Positions 1 through 8,382 of a DNA stretch of 64,000 nucleotides are shown in pieces (the stretch's first letter is position 1; the number at the start of each line of letters is the position of its first letter). Made by a program: the position numbers and the translations under genes. Location of the stretch: positions 4,340 to 68,339 of the forward strand of contig VGEM01000001.1 of the NCBI GenBank assembly GCA_016869315.1, read 5' to 3'. The stretch is from Alphaproteobacteria bacterium. GTDB lineage: Bacteria; Pseudomonadota; Alphaproteobacteria; Rhodospirillales; Rhodospirillaceae. Under the pieces are notes generated by a model, which was not told the DNA's origin, made no database searches, and saw nothing but the letters and a program-made list of their open reading frames with translations.

Positions 1-205
1 GATCGACCCGCGCCGCGAGACCGCCGACGCCGACACCGAGAACAATTTCTGGCCGCGGCGAATCGAGCCGTCACGCCTCGAACTGTTCAAGCAGGAACGC
101 CCCACCGGGCGCAACCTGATGAAGGACATGGACGAAAAGCTGAAGACCAGCGACGACAAGAAAGACGGCGATAAAAAAGACGACGATAAAGACGAGACGG
201 ATTGA
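1..205 (+). CDS. 3' end of a CDS entering from upstream; product unknown (possibly C-terminus of an M1-type metallopeptidase); Asp/Lys-rich tail
   Basis: Frame 2 is open from the window edge to TGA at 203-205. It reads ...IDPRRETADADTENNFWPRRIEPSRLELFKQERPTGRNLMKDMDEKLKTSDDKKDGDKKDDDKDETD*. The family suggestion rests only on memory of similar C-termini. Confidence 0.35.
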   Translation, partial: IDPRRETADADTENNFWPRRIEPSRLELFKQERPTGRNLMKDMDEKLKTSDDKKDGDKKDDDKDETD

Positions 206-457
206 GCGGCGTGAGCCGCGGCGTTCCGTCGCGATACGAAACAATCTTGACCCTCTCCCTTCCCGGGTGCTGTACTTGAGCGACAACCGGGGATGGGGGA
301 TGCGATGCACGCAGGGATTTATGGTGCCGTCAGACTCGTCGCAGCGTTGATCGTCGCGGCCTTGAGCGCCGCCCCGAGCGCGGCCGCGCCGCCGGTCGAG
401 GTTTACGGGGCGTAAGAAGATATCTCGGACGTCAGTATTTCTCCCGACGGCAACAAA

Positions 458-2272
458 GTGGCGATGATGCTTTCGGAGGACGGGCAAACTGCCCTCGCGA
501 TCATCGATCTGACCACAAACCAAACCAAGGCCGCCAACACATCGAATCTCAAAGTGCGCGGGATAGATTGGAGTGGGCCCAATCATGTCCTGCTCTACGC
601 CTCCATCACGACCAATATCATGGAGTATCGATCCTCGAAGGTCGAATTTTGGGGTGTGTTCTCGATCGACACACGCGACATGTCGAAGCCAAAACAGCTC
701 CTCGCCAATACCCGAGATCTCGCGTTGCAATCCAGCCTCGCCGATGTCCGCGCATATGTCGGTAATGACAACGGCGATGTCTATATGGCAGCGCGAATGG
801 ATCACGGCGGATCGATTTCCGGCATCGAGGACCTCCTTCTGGTCAACGGCGCCACCGGGCGTGGTCGGGAGATCGCACGCGGCTCTGAATCAACGCGATA
901 TTGGGTCGTCTCACCCAAGGGCCACGTTATCGCCCGAGTCGATCACTTGCAAAAGTCCGACCTCTATCGGGTCCTTGTTCCGACCGATGAAGATCGTCGC
1001 GGGACCTTCAAGGCGATTTTTCGCGAGGAAACCGATCTCCCAAACATTACGGTCTACGGTGCAACCGCAGACGAGAAACATCTTATTGTCTCGGGATGGA
1101 AATCCAGCGACCGCGAAGCCCTCTTCAAAATGTCGCTCGAGACCGGCGAACTGGAAGAGGCCCTGTTCGAGCACGAGCTCGTCGATGTCCTGGGCGTTCA
1201 TCGCGACCCCTATACGGGCGCCATCGTCGGTGCGCGTTTCGTGATCCACGGTCCGGAACAGGTGTTCTTCGAAAACGACCTGCAAGCCGTGTTGCAGGCC
1301 GTACTAAAAGCTCTGCCCGATAAGACTGTCTCGCTGAGGTCGTGGAGCAAAGATCGAAAAAAATTCGTGGCGCACAGCCAGGGCGATGATGACCCGGGAA
1401 CCTACTATGTGTTTGATCTCTCCGCGGGGAAGATGCTTAAGGTTGGGAGCGCCCGCGAAAACATCAAGGCCGACGACATTTACAAGGTCACGCCATTCTT
1501 CTTCAAAGCACGTGACGGACAGTCGATTCACGCCTTTTTGACCGTACCACCTGGAAAATCGCCGAAGAATATTCCGTTGGTTGTGCTCCCTCATGGTGGG
1601 CCAGCCTCTCGCGATTCGACGTCATTCGACTACTGGGCGCAGTTTCTCGCATCCAGAGGCTATGGCGTCTTGAAGGTGAATTTTCGAGGCTCGACGGGTT
1701 ACGGGAAAAATTTCGAGCGTGCCGGCGAGGGCGAGTGGGGCGGCAAGATGCAAGACGATGTCACCGATGGCGTCGAGCACGTAATCAAAGAAGGCATTGC
1801 TGACCCAACCCGGGTCTGCATTGTCGGCGGCAGTTACGGCGGTTACACGGCGTTGGCGGGTGCCGCGTTTACGCCCGACTTATATCGATGCGCTGTATCG
1901 ATTGCCGGGTCTTCGGACCTCGAACGGAAGATGGGATGGGCCAGCAATCGGTTTGGGGTGCACAGTGAAGTCTACGAGTATTGGATGAAATCGGTCGGAG
2001 ATCCGGCCACGCACATGGATCTCATTCGAGCCAGATCGCCGAGCAATTCCGCGTATCTCATTAAGGCCGACTTGATGTTGATTCGTGGCAAAGATGACAC
2101 TGTCGTGGCGTTTGAGCAAAGTGAGATCATGGCGGAAGCCATGAAACGCGCTGGAAAAGACGTGTCATTCGTCAAGCTCGATGGCGAGGATCATTGGATA
2201 TCGACGGCGACCACCAGGACCAAAATGCTGACGGCGCTGGAAAGTTTTCTCGCTAAACATCTCGGCCCCTGA
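458..2272 (+). CDS. S9 family serine peptidase (prolyl oligopeptidase / dipeptidyl-aminopeptidase type)
   Basis: 604-aa ORF with a beta-propeller-like N-half and an alpha/beta C-half. The C-half carries VVLPHGGP, the nucleophile elbow GGSYGGY, and later KDDTVV and EDHW. The same frame upstream (305-412) encodes a signal peptide cut off by TAA at 413-415, so the native start was probably 305 (see finding). Confidence 0.85.
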   Translation: MAMMLSEDGQTALAIIDLTTNQTKAANTSNLKVRGIDWSGPNHVLLYASITTNIMEYRSSKVEFWGVFSIDTRDMSKPKQLLANTRDLALQSSLADVRAYVGNDNGDVYMAARMDHGGSISGIEDLLLVNGATGRGREIARGSESTRYWVVSPKGHVIARVDHLQKSDLYRVLVPTDEDRRGTFKAIFREETDLPNITVYGATADEKHLIVSGWKSSDREALFKMSLETGELEEALFEHELVDVLGVHRDPYTGAIVGARFVIHGPEQVFFENDLQAVLQAVLKALPDKTVSLRSWSKDRKKFVAHSQGDDDPGTYYVFDLSAGKMLKVGSARENIKADDIYKVTPFFFKARDGQSIHAFLTVPPGKSPKNIPLVVLPHGGPASRDSTSFDYWAQFLASRGYGVLKVNFRGSTGYGKNFERAGEGEWGGKMQDDVTDGVEHVIKEGIADPTRVCIVGGSYGGYTALAGAAFTPDLYRCAVSIAGSSDLERKMGWASNRFGVHSEVYEYWMKSVGDPATHMDLIRARSPSNSAYLIKADLMLIRGKDDTVVAFEQSEIMAEAMKRAGKDVSFVKLDGEDHWISTATTRTKMLTALESFLAKHLGP

Positions 2273-2298
2273 TCTCCGCGCGCTGATATACTCGCGCC

Positions 2299-2796
2299 AT
2301 GGGAAAAGTCTCACGGCGCGGGATGGTGGTTGGAGCGATCGCGGCGGGCACATCTGCCCAGGCCCATGGGTTTCATGCCAGCTTCACGGTGATCGAGCAC
2401 AATGCCCGCGCCGGAACCTTGGAACTGTTACACCGGCTTTTCATTCAGGACCTTGAGGTCGTTCTCACCGCGCGGCGCGGCGAAGCCATGACGATCGACG
2501 ATTCGCCTCTCGTCCAGAAGTTCATCGAGGAATATCTGCTCGATGTCTTTTCCTTGGCGGATTCGAACGGCAAGCGACTCCGGCCCGACTGGGTCGGGAT
2601 GAAGCTGCAGATCGATACGCTGTTCGTCTATCGCGAGCTCAAGGTTCCGGCCGCGCCCGCGGCGCTGATCGTGAGCGATCAGACCCTGACCGAAGCGCAC
2701 CCTGGCCAGGTCAATTCGGTCAACGTCACCATTGGCGGGCGCACGCAGACCGCCGTGTTCACCATCGACGATCCGCCACGCACCCTGACGTTCTGA
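2299..2796 (+). CDS. hypothetical exported protein (DUF6702-like; family name from memory)
   Basis: 165-aa ORF. N-terminus RRGMVVGAIAAGTSAQAHG looks like a Tat/Sec-type signal. It is followed by HASFTVIEHNARAGTLELLHRLFIQDLE, which resembles the DUF6702 opening motif. Confidence 0.5.
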   Translation: MGKVSRRGMVVGAIAAGTSAQAHGFHASFTVIEHNARAGTLELLHRLFIQDLEVVLTARRGEAMTIDDSPLVQKFIEEYLLDVFSLADSNGKRLRPDWVGMKLQIDTLFVYRELKVPAAPAALIVSDQTLTEAHPGQVNSVNVTIGGRTQTAVFTIDDPPRTLTF

Positions 2797-2829
2797 ATTT
2801 GAGCATGTCCCGGTGAAGTGGAAAGCGCT

Positions 2830-2973
2830 CTAGACGATCACCGTCCGATCGCCGATGTCGTTGATCTGTACGGCGCCGTCCCGGGTGATCAGCGTCAGAT
2901 CCTCGAGGTGGGCGGAGCCGCCGATGCCCGACTGGCGCACGGGAAGATCGACGCTCAGCATCATGTCGCTAGG
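2830..2973 (-). pseudogene. relic of the C-terminus of an M24 family metallopeptidase (Xaa-Pro dipeptidase/creatinase type)
   Basis: The minus strand reads PSDMMLSVDLPVRQSGIGGSAHLEDLTLITRDGAVQINDIGDRTVIV*, with the stop at 2830-2832. This matches the conserved M24 tail (EPGMvlsvEPG..GG.r.ED..lvT.dG.e.L). An in-frame TAG (2974-2976) and the dctM end lie immediately upstream, so only about 47 codons remain. Confidence 0.4.
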
Positions 2974-3012
2974 CTAACGGCGTCTTCGCGCGACCGCTTT
3001 GATCGGCGGCAA

Positions 3013-4305
3013 CTACTTCATGCTGGCAGGCAGCGCCAGCACGATGTCGGGGACCAACGTAATCAAGGCCACGAAACCGGCCATGATCATAAAGAACGGA
3101 AATGCCGCCCGGGCGACCCGGCCCATACTTTCCCCGGTCAGCCCCTGGACGACAAACAGGTTGAATCCGACCGGAGGGGTCACCTGCGACATCTCGACGA
3201 CAATCACCAGGAAGATACCGAACCAAACCGGGCTGAACCCGGCGGCGACAATCAGAGGAAGCACGATCGGCAGCGTCAGCACGATCGCCGACATTCCGTC
3301 GATGATGCAGCCGAGCACGATGTAAAGCAGCATGAGCAGGATGATCAGGGCGAACGGAGAAAGCGCCAGGGCGGCAATCGAGGCCGCAATGCTTTCCGGC
3401 AATTGCAGAAAAGCCGCGGCCTTGGAGACGAAGAGGGCCCCGGCCAGGATCAACCCGATCATCGAGCACGTCCTGAGCGAAGCCATCACGGCGAGTTTCA
3501 ACGTCGCGAGGCTGAGGCACCGTTGCAGGCCGGCGATGATCAGCGCGCCAAACACGCCGATGGTGGCGGCTTCCGACGGCCCGGCGAGGCCCGCGTACAT
3601 CGAGCCGATCACCATGCCGATAAGCAGCACGATGGGCCCGAGCTCCACGATCGCTTTCAATTTCACGTCCCACCCCGTCGATGGCTCTTGCGGCGGGACC
3701 AGCGCCGGGGTCAGCACGGCGCGAAAACCGATATAGGCCATGAACGACAGCGCCAGCAGCACGCCGGGGACGACGCCGGCGATGAACAGATCGAGAATCG
3801 AGACCTGCGCCAGGACGCCATAGACAATCATGATGATGCTCGGCGGAATCAGGAACCCGAGCGTGCCGGCGCCGCACAGCGAGCCCATGGCGAGATCCAT
3901 GCTGTAGCCGCGGCGCGTCAGCTCGCTCATCGTCATCCGCCCGATCGTCGCCGTCGTCGCCGTCGACGATCCCGACACCGCCGCGAACAACGTGCAGCCG
4001 ATGACATTGACGTGCAGCAGCCGCCCCGGAATGCGCCGGGTCCACGGCGCGAGGCCCTTGAACATCGACTCCGACAGTCGCGTGTTGAACAGGATTTCGC
4101 CCATGAAGATAAACAGCGGCAGCGACGCCAGTTCGGTCGCCGTGAAGCTGCTCCAGAGATCGAACGCCAGCAGCGCGCCAACCGGCATGTCGCGAAACGC
4201 CATCAACGTCACGGCACCGGTCGCGATCAGCGTAAATCCGATCCACAGGCCCGACGCGAGCAAGACGGCAAGACAGACCAGCAGCAGCGACAAGGGAGCA
4301 GCCAT
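3013..4305 (-). CDS. dctM: TRAP transporter large permease subunit (DctM family)
   Basis: 430-aa polytopic membrane ORF with typical DctM-like sequence. Lies 3 bp downstream of the small subunit. Stop codon is TAG. Confidence 0.9.
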   Translation of the reverse strand: MAAPLSLLLVCLAVLLASGLWIGFTLIATGAVTLMAFRDMPVGALLAFDLWSSFTATELASLPLFIFMGEILFNTRLSESMFKGLAPWTRRIPGRLLHVNVIGCTLFAAVSGSSTATTATIGRMTMSELTRRGYSMDLAMGSLCGAGTLGFLIPPSIIMIVYGVLAQVSILDLFIAGVVPGVLLALSFMAYIGFRAVLTPALVPPQEPSTGWDVKLKAIVELGPIVLLIGMVIGSMYAGLAGPSEAATIGVFGALIIAGLQRCLSLATLKLAVMASLRTCSMIGLILAGALFVSKAAAFLQLPESIAASIAALALSPFALIILLMLLYIVLGCIIDGMSAIVLTLPIVLPLIVAAGFSPVWFGIFLVIVVEMSQVTPPVGFNLFVVQGLTGESMGRVARAAFPFFMIMAGFVALITLVPDIVLALPASMK

Positions 4306-4308
4306 TGC

Positions 4309-4821
4309 CTAGTCCTTCGCTCCGGCGCCGAGATCGGGCGCGGCGCCGGTGATAAGGCGGATCAATCGCGCCACCAGCGCCAATTCCAGGACGGACGGGC
4401 CAAGCGCGACGAGGAATTGGGGATAGCCGATCGGTGTCGCGCTGGGGAAATAGGTCAGCGTGCCGCGCGCCAGGGTCCCGACGGCAAAGTCGAGCAGCGC
4501 CCAGGCCATGAAGCCGCAGACGATCAGACCGAGAACGGTGCAAGCAATATCGAGGCCCCGTGCAACTTTGGGCCCAATCCGGGCGCCGAGCAGATTGACC
4601 CGGATGTGACCGCCCTGACGCATCGTCCACCCCGAGGCCAACAACAGGACCGCCGCCAGGAAGTAGCCCGAGTACTCGACGCTAAAGCTGAGACTGGTGT
4701 CGAACAAATCCCGCGAGATCAACTCGGCCATGCCGAGCACGAACAAGGCGATCAGCAGCACGCCGGCCAAGGCGGCGGCCGCGTCACAGATGGCGTCGAT
4801 GGTTTTGAGAATTGCGTTCAT
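4309..4821 (-). CDS. dctQ: TRAP transporter small permease subunit (DctQ family)
   Basis: Starts at MNAILKTIDAICDAAAALAG (ATG 4821-4819). About 170 aa with 4 TM segments. ATGA overlap with the stop of the upstream binding-protein gene. The longer ORF in the track (to 5028) is an Arg-rich extension overlapping dctP. Confidence 0.85.
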   Translation of the reverse strand: MNAILKTIDAICDAAAALAGVLLIALFVLGMAELISRDLFDTSLSFSVEYSGYFLAAVLLLASGWTMRQGGHIRVNLLGARIGPKVARGLDIACTVLGLIVCGFMAWALLDFAVGTLARGTLTYFPSATPIGYPQFLVALGPSVLELALVARLIRLITGAAPDLGAGAKD

Positions 4822-5834
4822 ATCGCGGGCATCGGCCGGCCGACGCGGTCGAGAAACTGTCGGACCAGCGGCACCGCTTCGGGCACGGCGTTCAAATAGG
4901 CTTTGACCACGGGGCTCGCCTCGGCGCGCATGGCCGCCAACAGGTCGGGCGACGGCGTGATCGTCCGCATGCCGTTCTGTTCGAGAATTTTGAGCTTGTC
5001 GGCGTCGTCGCGTCCGGCGATGTCCCAAAATTCGGGTTCGAGCTTTTGGGCAAGCGCGAAAAAGGTATCGCGATGTTCGGCCGAGAGCGAATCAAGCGAC
5101 TGCTGATTGGCCGACAGGATCACGCCCGACCAGGTGTGGTTGGCGCGGATCGAAAACTTGAGAAAATCCCAGTATTTTTGCGCCCACGCGGTGGTGGCCG
5201 ACGTCATCACCGCATCGAGCGAGCCGGCCGCAAGCGACGCAACCACATCGGTTGTCGGCATCTGCACCGGGGTCATTTTCAAATTGTGCGCCAGGTCGGT
5301 CGACAGCTTGTCGTAGGTTCTGATCTTGAGGCCCTTGAGATCGGCAACCGTGGCGATTTCGCGATCGGTGAAGAAATACTGATTGGGCCAAGGCACGACG
5401 TAGACCATGCGCTGATTGTGTCGCGCGTATGCCGAATTGATTCCTTCGCGAATGATCTGATAGAGGACTCTCAGCTCATCGAACGTCTCGACCATGTAAG
5501 GCAGCGATTCGAGCCCAAGAATTGGCTCGACACCGACTTGCTGAAAGGCCGAGGCGTCGGCCATGTCGACAATGCCTTCGTCGACCGCGCGCATGGTGTC
5601 GGGACCTCGAATCCCGAGTGTGGCGCCGGCATGGACATGGATGATCAACGCGCCGTTGGTCGCCTTGGCGACCTCGTCGGCAAACCGGCGGGCGTTGACG
5701 ACGTGATACTCCATCGGGCCCCACGGCTGGGCCAGGTCCCAGTGATTGCCCGTCTGTCGTGTACACGCTGCCGCCAGTGTTCCCGCACCGATCGTCAACG
5801 CACCGCGGCGCGGTAGATTGCGAATCATCGCCAC
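4818..5834 (-). CDS. dctP: TRAP transporter substrate-binding protein (DctP family)
   Basis: 338-aa ORF with N-terminal signal (RRGALTIGAGTLAAAC) and DctP-like sequence. First gene of the dctPQM-type operon. Confidence 0.85.
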   Translation of the reverse strand: MAMIRNLPRRGALTIGAGTLAAACTRQTGNHWDLAQPWGPMEYHVVNARRFADEVAKATNGALIIHVHAGATLGIRGPDTMRAVDEGIVDMADASAFQQVGVEPILGLESLPYMVETFDELRVLYQIIREGINSAYARHNQRMVYVVPWPNQYFFTDREIATVADLKGLKIRTYDKLSTDLAHNLKMTPVQMPTTDVVASLAAGSLDAVMTSATTAWAQKYWDFLKFSIRANHTWSGVILSANQQSLDSLSAEHRDTFFALAQKLEPEFWDIAGRDDADKLKILEQNGMRTITPSPDLLAAMRAEASPVVKAYLNAVPEAVPLVRQFLDRVGRPMPAI

Positions 5835-5888
5835 CCTCGTGTCGAAACGCTGCGCACACTAACACCGGCTCTTGCCGTCGATAAACAC

Positions 5889-6449
5889 TCACGAAGTGGG
5901 GATAACGCCGGCCAAGTCGACTTTTCGTGGCCGGTGGCCGCAGGCTTCCAGGAACCGCAACAAGTCGGCGGGGGTTATCGTGGTCGTCATGTTATTGACC
6001 AGCGGATGCGCCGTCAGGATCGGCTGCTCCATCATCCAGGCGTCGAGAATCAACTGTACCGTTTGGTGCGGATCGTTGATCGCGGCGAACGGGGTGACCG
6101 AGCCGGGCTCGACGCCGAGCGTGCGTTTCAAGCGATCGGCCGAGCCGAACGATAACCGCGCCGCACCGATGTCGTCGGGCAGTCGTTTGAGATCGATCCG
6201 CCGGTCGAGTGGCGTCACCACCAGCCACATTTTCTTTTTTGCATCGCAGAGGAACAGATTTTTGACATGCACGCCCGGCAGACTGTGCACGTGTGAAGCC
6301 AGTTCCTCGGCCGTGAAAGCCGGAAGATGAGAGACGGTGGTGGTCGAAATGCCGAGCTGCTCGAGGCGCCTGAACAAGTCGTTCGGCGTTGCCGGCGTTA
6401 CGGATCCGGCCGGCGCCGCCGCAATCAAGGAAACGTTTTTGTGGTCCAT
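5889..6449 (-). CDS. prolyl-tRNA synthetase-associated (YbaK/ProX-type) trans-editing domain protein
   Basis: 186-aa ORF with HVKNLFLCDAKKKMWLVV and GSVTPFAAINDP motifs, typical of the YbaK/ProX aminoacyl-tRNA deacylase family. Confidence 0.7.
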   Translation of the reverse strand: MDHKNVSLIAAAPAGSVTPATPNDLFRRLEQLGISTTTVSHLPAFTAEELASHVHSLPGVHVKNLFLCDAKKKMWLVVTPLDRRIDLKRLPDDIGAARLSFGSADRLKRTLGVEPGSVTPFAAINDPHQTVQLILDAWMMEQPILTAHPLVNNMTTTITPADLLRFLEACGHRPRKVDLAGVIPTS

Positions 6450-8284
6450 GCCAAAATGTCATCGGTTACGCGTGACTCGTAACCCTCGAACGAATGCGGC
6501 GCGCCGTTGGGCCCATCGTAGAAAATGTACTGGGCATTGGCTCCGGCCGCTTCGGTGATATGGATGAGCCAGGCCCCCTGCATGAACGGATCCCGCGAAC
6601 CACCCAAGGCCAGCAGTGGGACTTTCACTGATTTGATCAATTCGGAATGCACCGCCTTCGAGCGCGGACCCCAATAACTGAGAAACGCGTCGGCGTAGTA
6701 ATAGGTGAACCCCGACATCGGTGCCGAAAAGAACATCGGCTGACGCTCGTCCTCGTCGTAGATCGCGCGCGGAAACGGAGCGTCGATCAGATGGGTCGCA
6801 CCGGAGCCGTTACGAACGGCCTCTTCGGCTTCAAGCACGGTGCGCGCATAGAGATCTTCGTCCATGGCGATTCGGGCGTGCGTCGGCAAGTCGCGCTGTG
6901 GCGCCAGGTACACCAATGCCTTGAGACGCGTGTCTTTGGTGGTCGCCAAATAATAACTGAGCCAGAGATTGCCGATCGAGTGACCGACACCGATCAGCTT
7001 GCCGTAGCCGCGTGCCGCCATCAGATCGACCCAAGCGGCGATGTCGGGCGGGACATCCTCGAGCTTGCCGCGCACGGTTCCGCGAAAGCCGGACTCGCGA
7101 TGGCGCACGGCAAGGACCGGGTATCCCCGCTGCGCCAAACGCACCGCCAGCCAGTGCGATGTCGAGCGCATGATGTCGGCCGCCCAGCCATGCACCATGA
7201 TGAACGCAGGACGATTGGCCGGCGGTGTCGTCACGGGACTGTACAAAACTCCGGATAGCGTCGTGCCGTCGCCCGAGCGCACATCGAGAATTTGCGTGCG
7301 GACCAACGCCGGCGCGGACAAGCCTGCGGAGACAAGCCATCGCCCCACGTCGGCAACGAGTTGGCCTTGGGCGCGCGCGAGATCGCGACCAACGCCCGCG
7401 TAGGATTTGATCGTGACGTCGCGACTGACGAGGGCGGCGCCCTTGAGCGTCTCGAGGCGGGTGGCGGTCGAGGCGGCATCGTCGGCACCGGCCGCCAGCA
7501 CGATCGGCGCTTCCACTGCCGCCAGGTTCTGGGTCAACGCTGTCGTCGCCTCGGGTCCATACCAATCGAGAAACGTCGGCGGCGTGAAGATCAGCCCCTC
7601 GCCCAGATCGACGAACGTGCGATCGCCGGTTTCGATCGCCTTGGCTGCGGTTTCGACCATGCCCGCGTAGCGCTCCGCGCCGACTTTCGCCCTCAAGCCA
7701 TCGGCGAGATCGTCGCCAGGGGCGAGCAGGATGAGTCCCTTGATCCGCGCATCGCCCGATTGCCCCGCATAACGAACCGCGATCGCCGCGCCGAGCCCGC
7801 TTCCCGCCAGCACAACCCGCGTCGCGCCACGAGCCGCGAGCGCATCAACCGCCGTCTTGACATCGGTGATCGATTCGTCAAAGCGGCTGAATGCGTAACG
7901 CTCCGTCAGCCTCGTCTCGATGGCGAGATTGCCGAAGCCAAGCGCCGCCAGACCGTCGGCCAGAAACCGCGCCGTACCGCCGGCCGCGATCAGCGAAAGA
8001 CCGGGACCATCACCGATATGAACCACCGCCGGCGCCGCGGCATTGAACCCGGCGCCTGGCGATGTCATCACCGCCGACAAAAGAACACCGTCCGCCGTCG
8101 CGAGTTGGAAGACTTCGCGCACCGGACCGGGCGCCGTTGCGCGATTGGATTGGGGTTGGGGTTGTTGAGGTTGGGATTGGGACTGGGCGCGTGGTTGAGT
8201 TTGGTTTTGAGCCGTAAGCGCGGTGGCCCAACACATTGCCACTGCGAGCGCGACCACCGGCGGAAATACGCGAACCATTCTCAT
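6425..8284 (-). CDS. secreted two-domain alpha/beta hydrolase
   Basis: 619-aa ORF with a signal peptide (VVALAVAMCWATALTAQ) and a Q/P-rich linker. Two hydrolase-like halves carry GSGLGAA and GHSIGN nucleophile elbows. Confidence 0.7.
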   Translation of the reverse strand: MRMVRVFPPVVALAVAMCWATALTAQNQTQPRAQSQSQPQQPQPQSNRATAPGPVREVFQLATADGVLLSAVMTSPGAGFNAAAPAVVHIGDGPGLSLIAAGGTARFLADGLAALGFGNLAIETRLTERYAFSRFDESITDVKTAVDALAARGATRVVLAGSGLGAAIAVRYAGQSGDARIKGLILLAPGDDLADGLRAKVGAERYAGMVETAAKAIETGDRTFVDLGEGLIFTPPTFLDWYGPEATTALTQNLAAVEAPIVLAAGADDAASTATRLETLKGAALVSRDVTIKSYAGVGRDLARAQGQLVADVGRWLVSAGLSAPALVRTQILDVRSGDGTTLSGVLYSPVTTPPANRPAFIMVHGWAADIMRSTSHWLAVRLAQRGYPVLAVRHRESGFRGTVRGKLEDVPPDIAAWVDLMAARGYGKLIGVGHSIGNLWLSYYLATTKDTRLKALVYLAPQRDLPTHARIAMDEDLYARTVLEAEEAVRNGSGATHLIDAPFPRAIYDEDERQPMFFSAPMSGFTYYYADAFLSYWGPRSKAVHSELIKSVKVPLLALGGSRDPFMQGAWLIHITEAAGANAQYIFYDGPNGAPHSFEGYESRVTDDILAWTTKTFP

Positions 8285-8382
8285 GCGTGGCTACGTTGAG
8301 CGAACGCCAGCGCGATGTCGCGCGGCGATGCCCCCAAGGTTAACATTCCGTGGTAATACTACCTCATCTTTCGCCCCGGATC

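Noticed and set aside
2818-4899. 693-aa ORF on the plus strand (very Arg/Asp/Gln/His-rich)
   Set aside because: It is antisense to the well-supported dctM/dctQ genes. The composition is typical of shadow ORFs in high-GC DNA, and no motifs are present.
8130-8200. GGTT/GGGA-rich microsatellite-like stretch
   Set aside because: It encodes the Gln/Pro/Ser-rich linker after the signal peptide of the 6425-8284 hydrolase on the minus strand.
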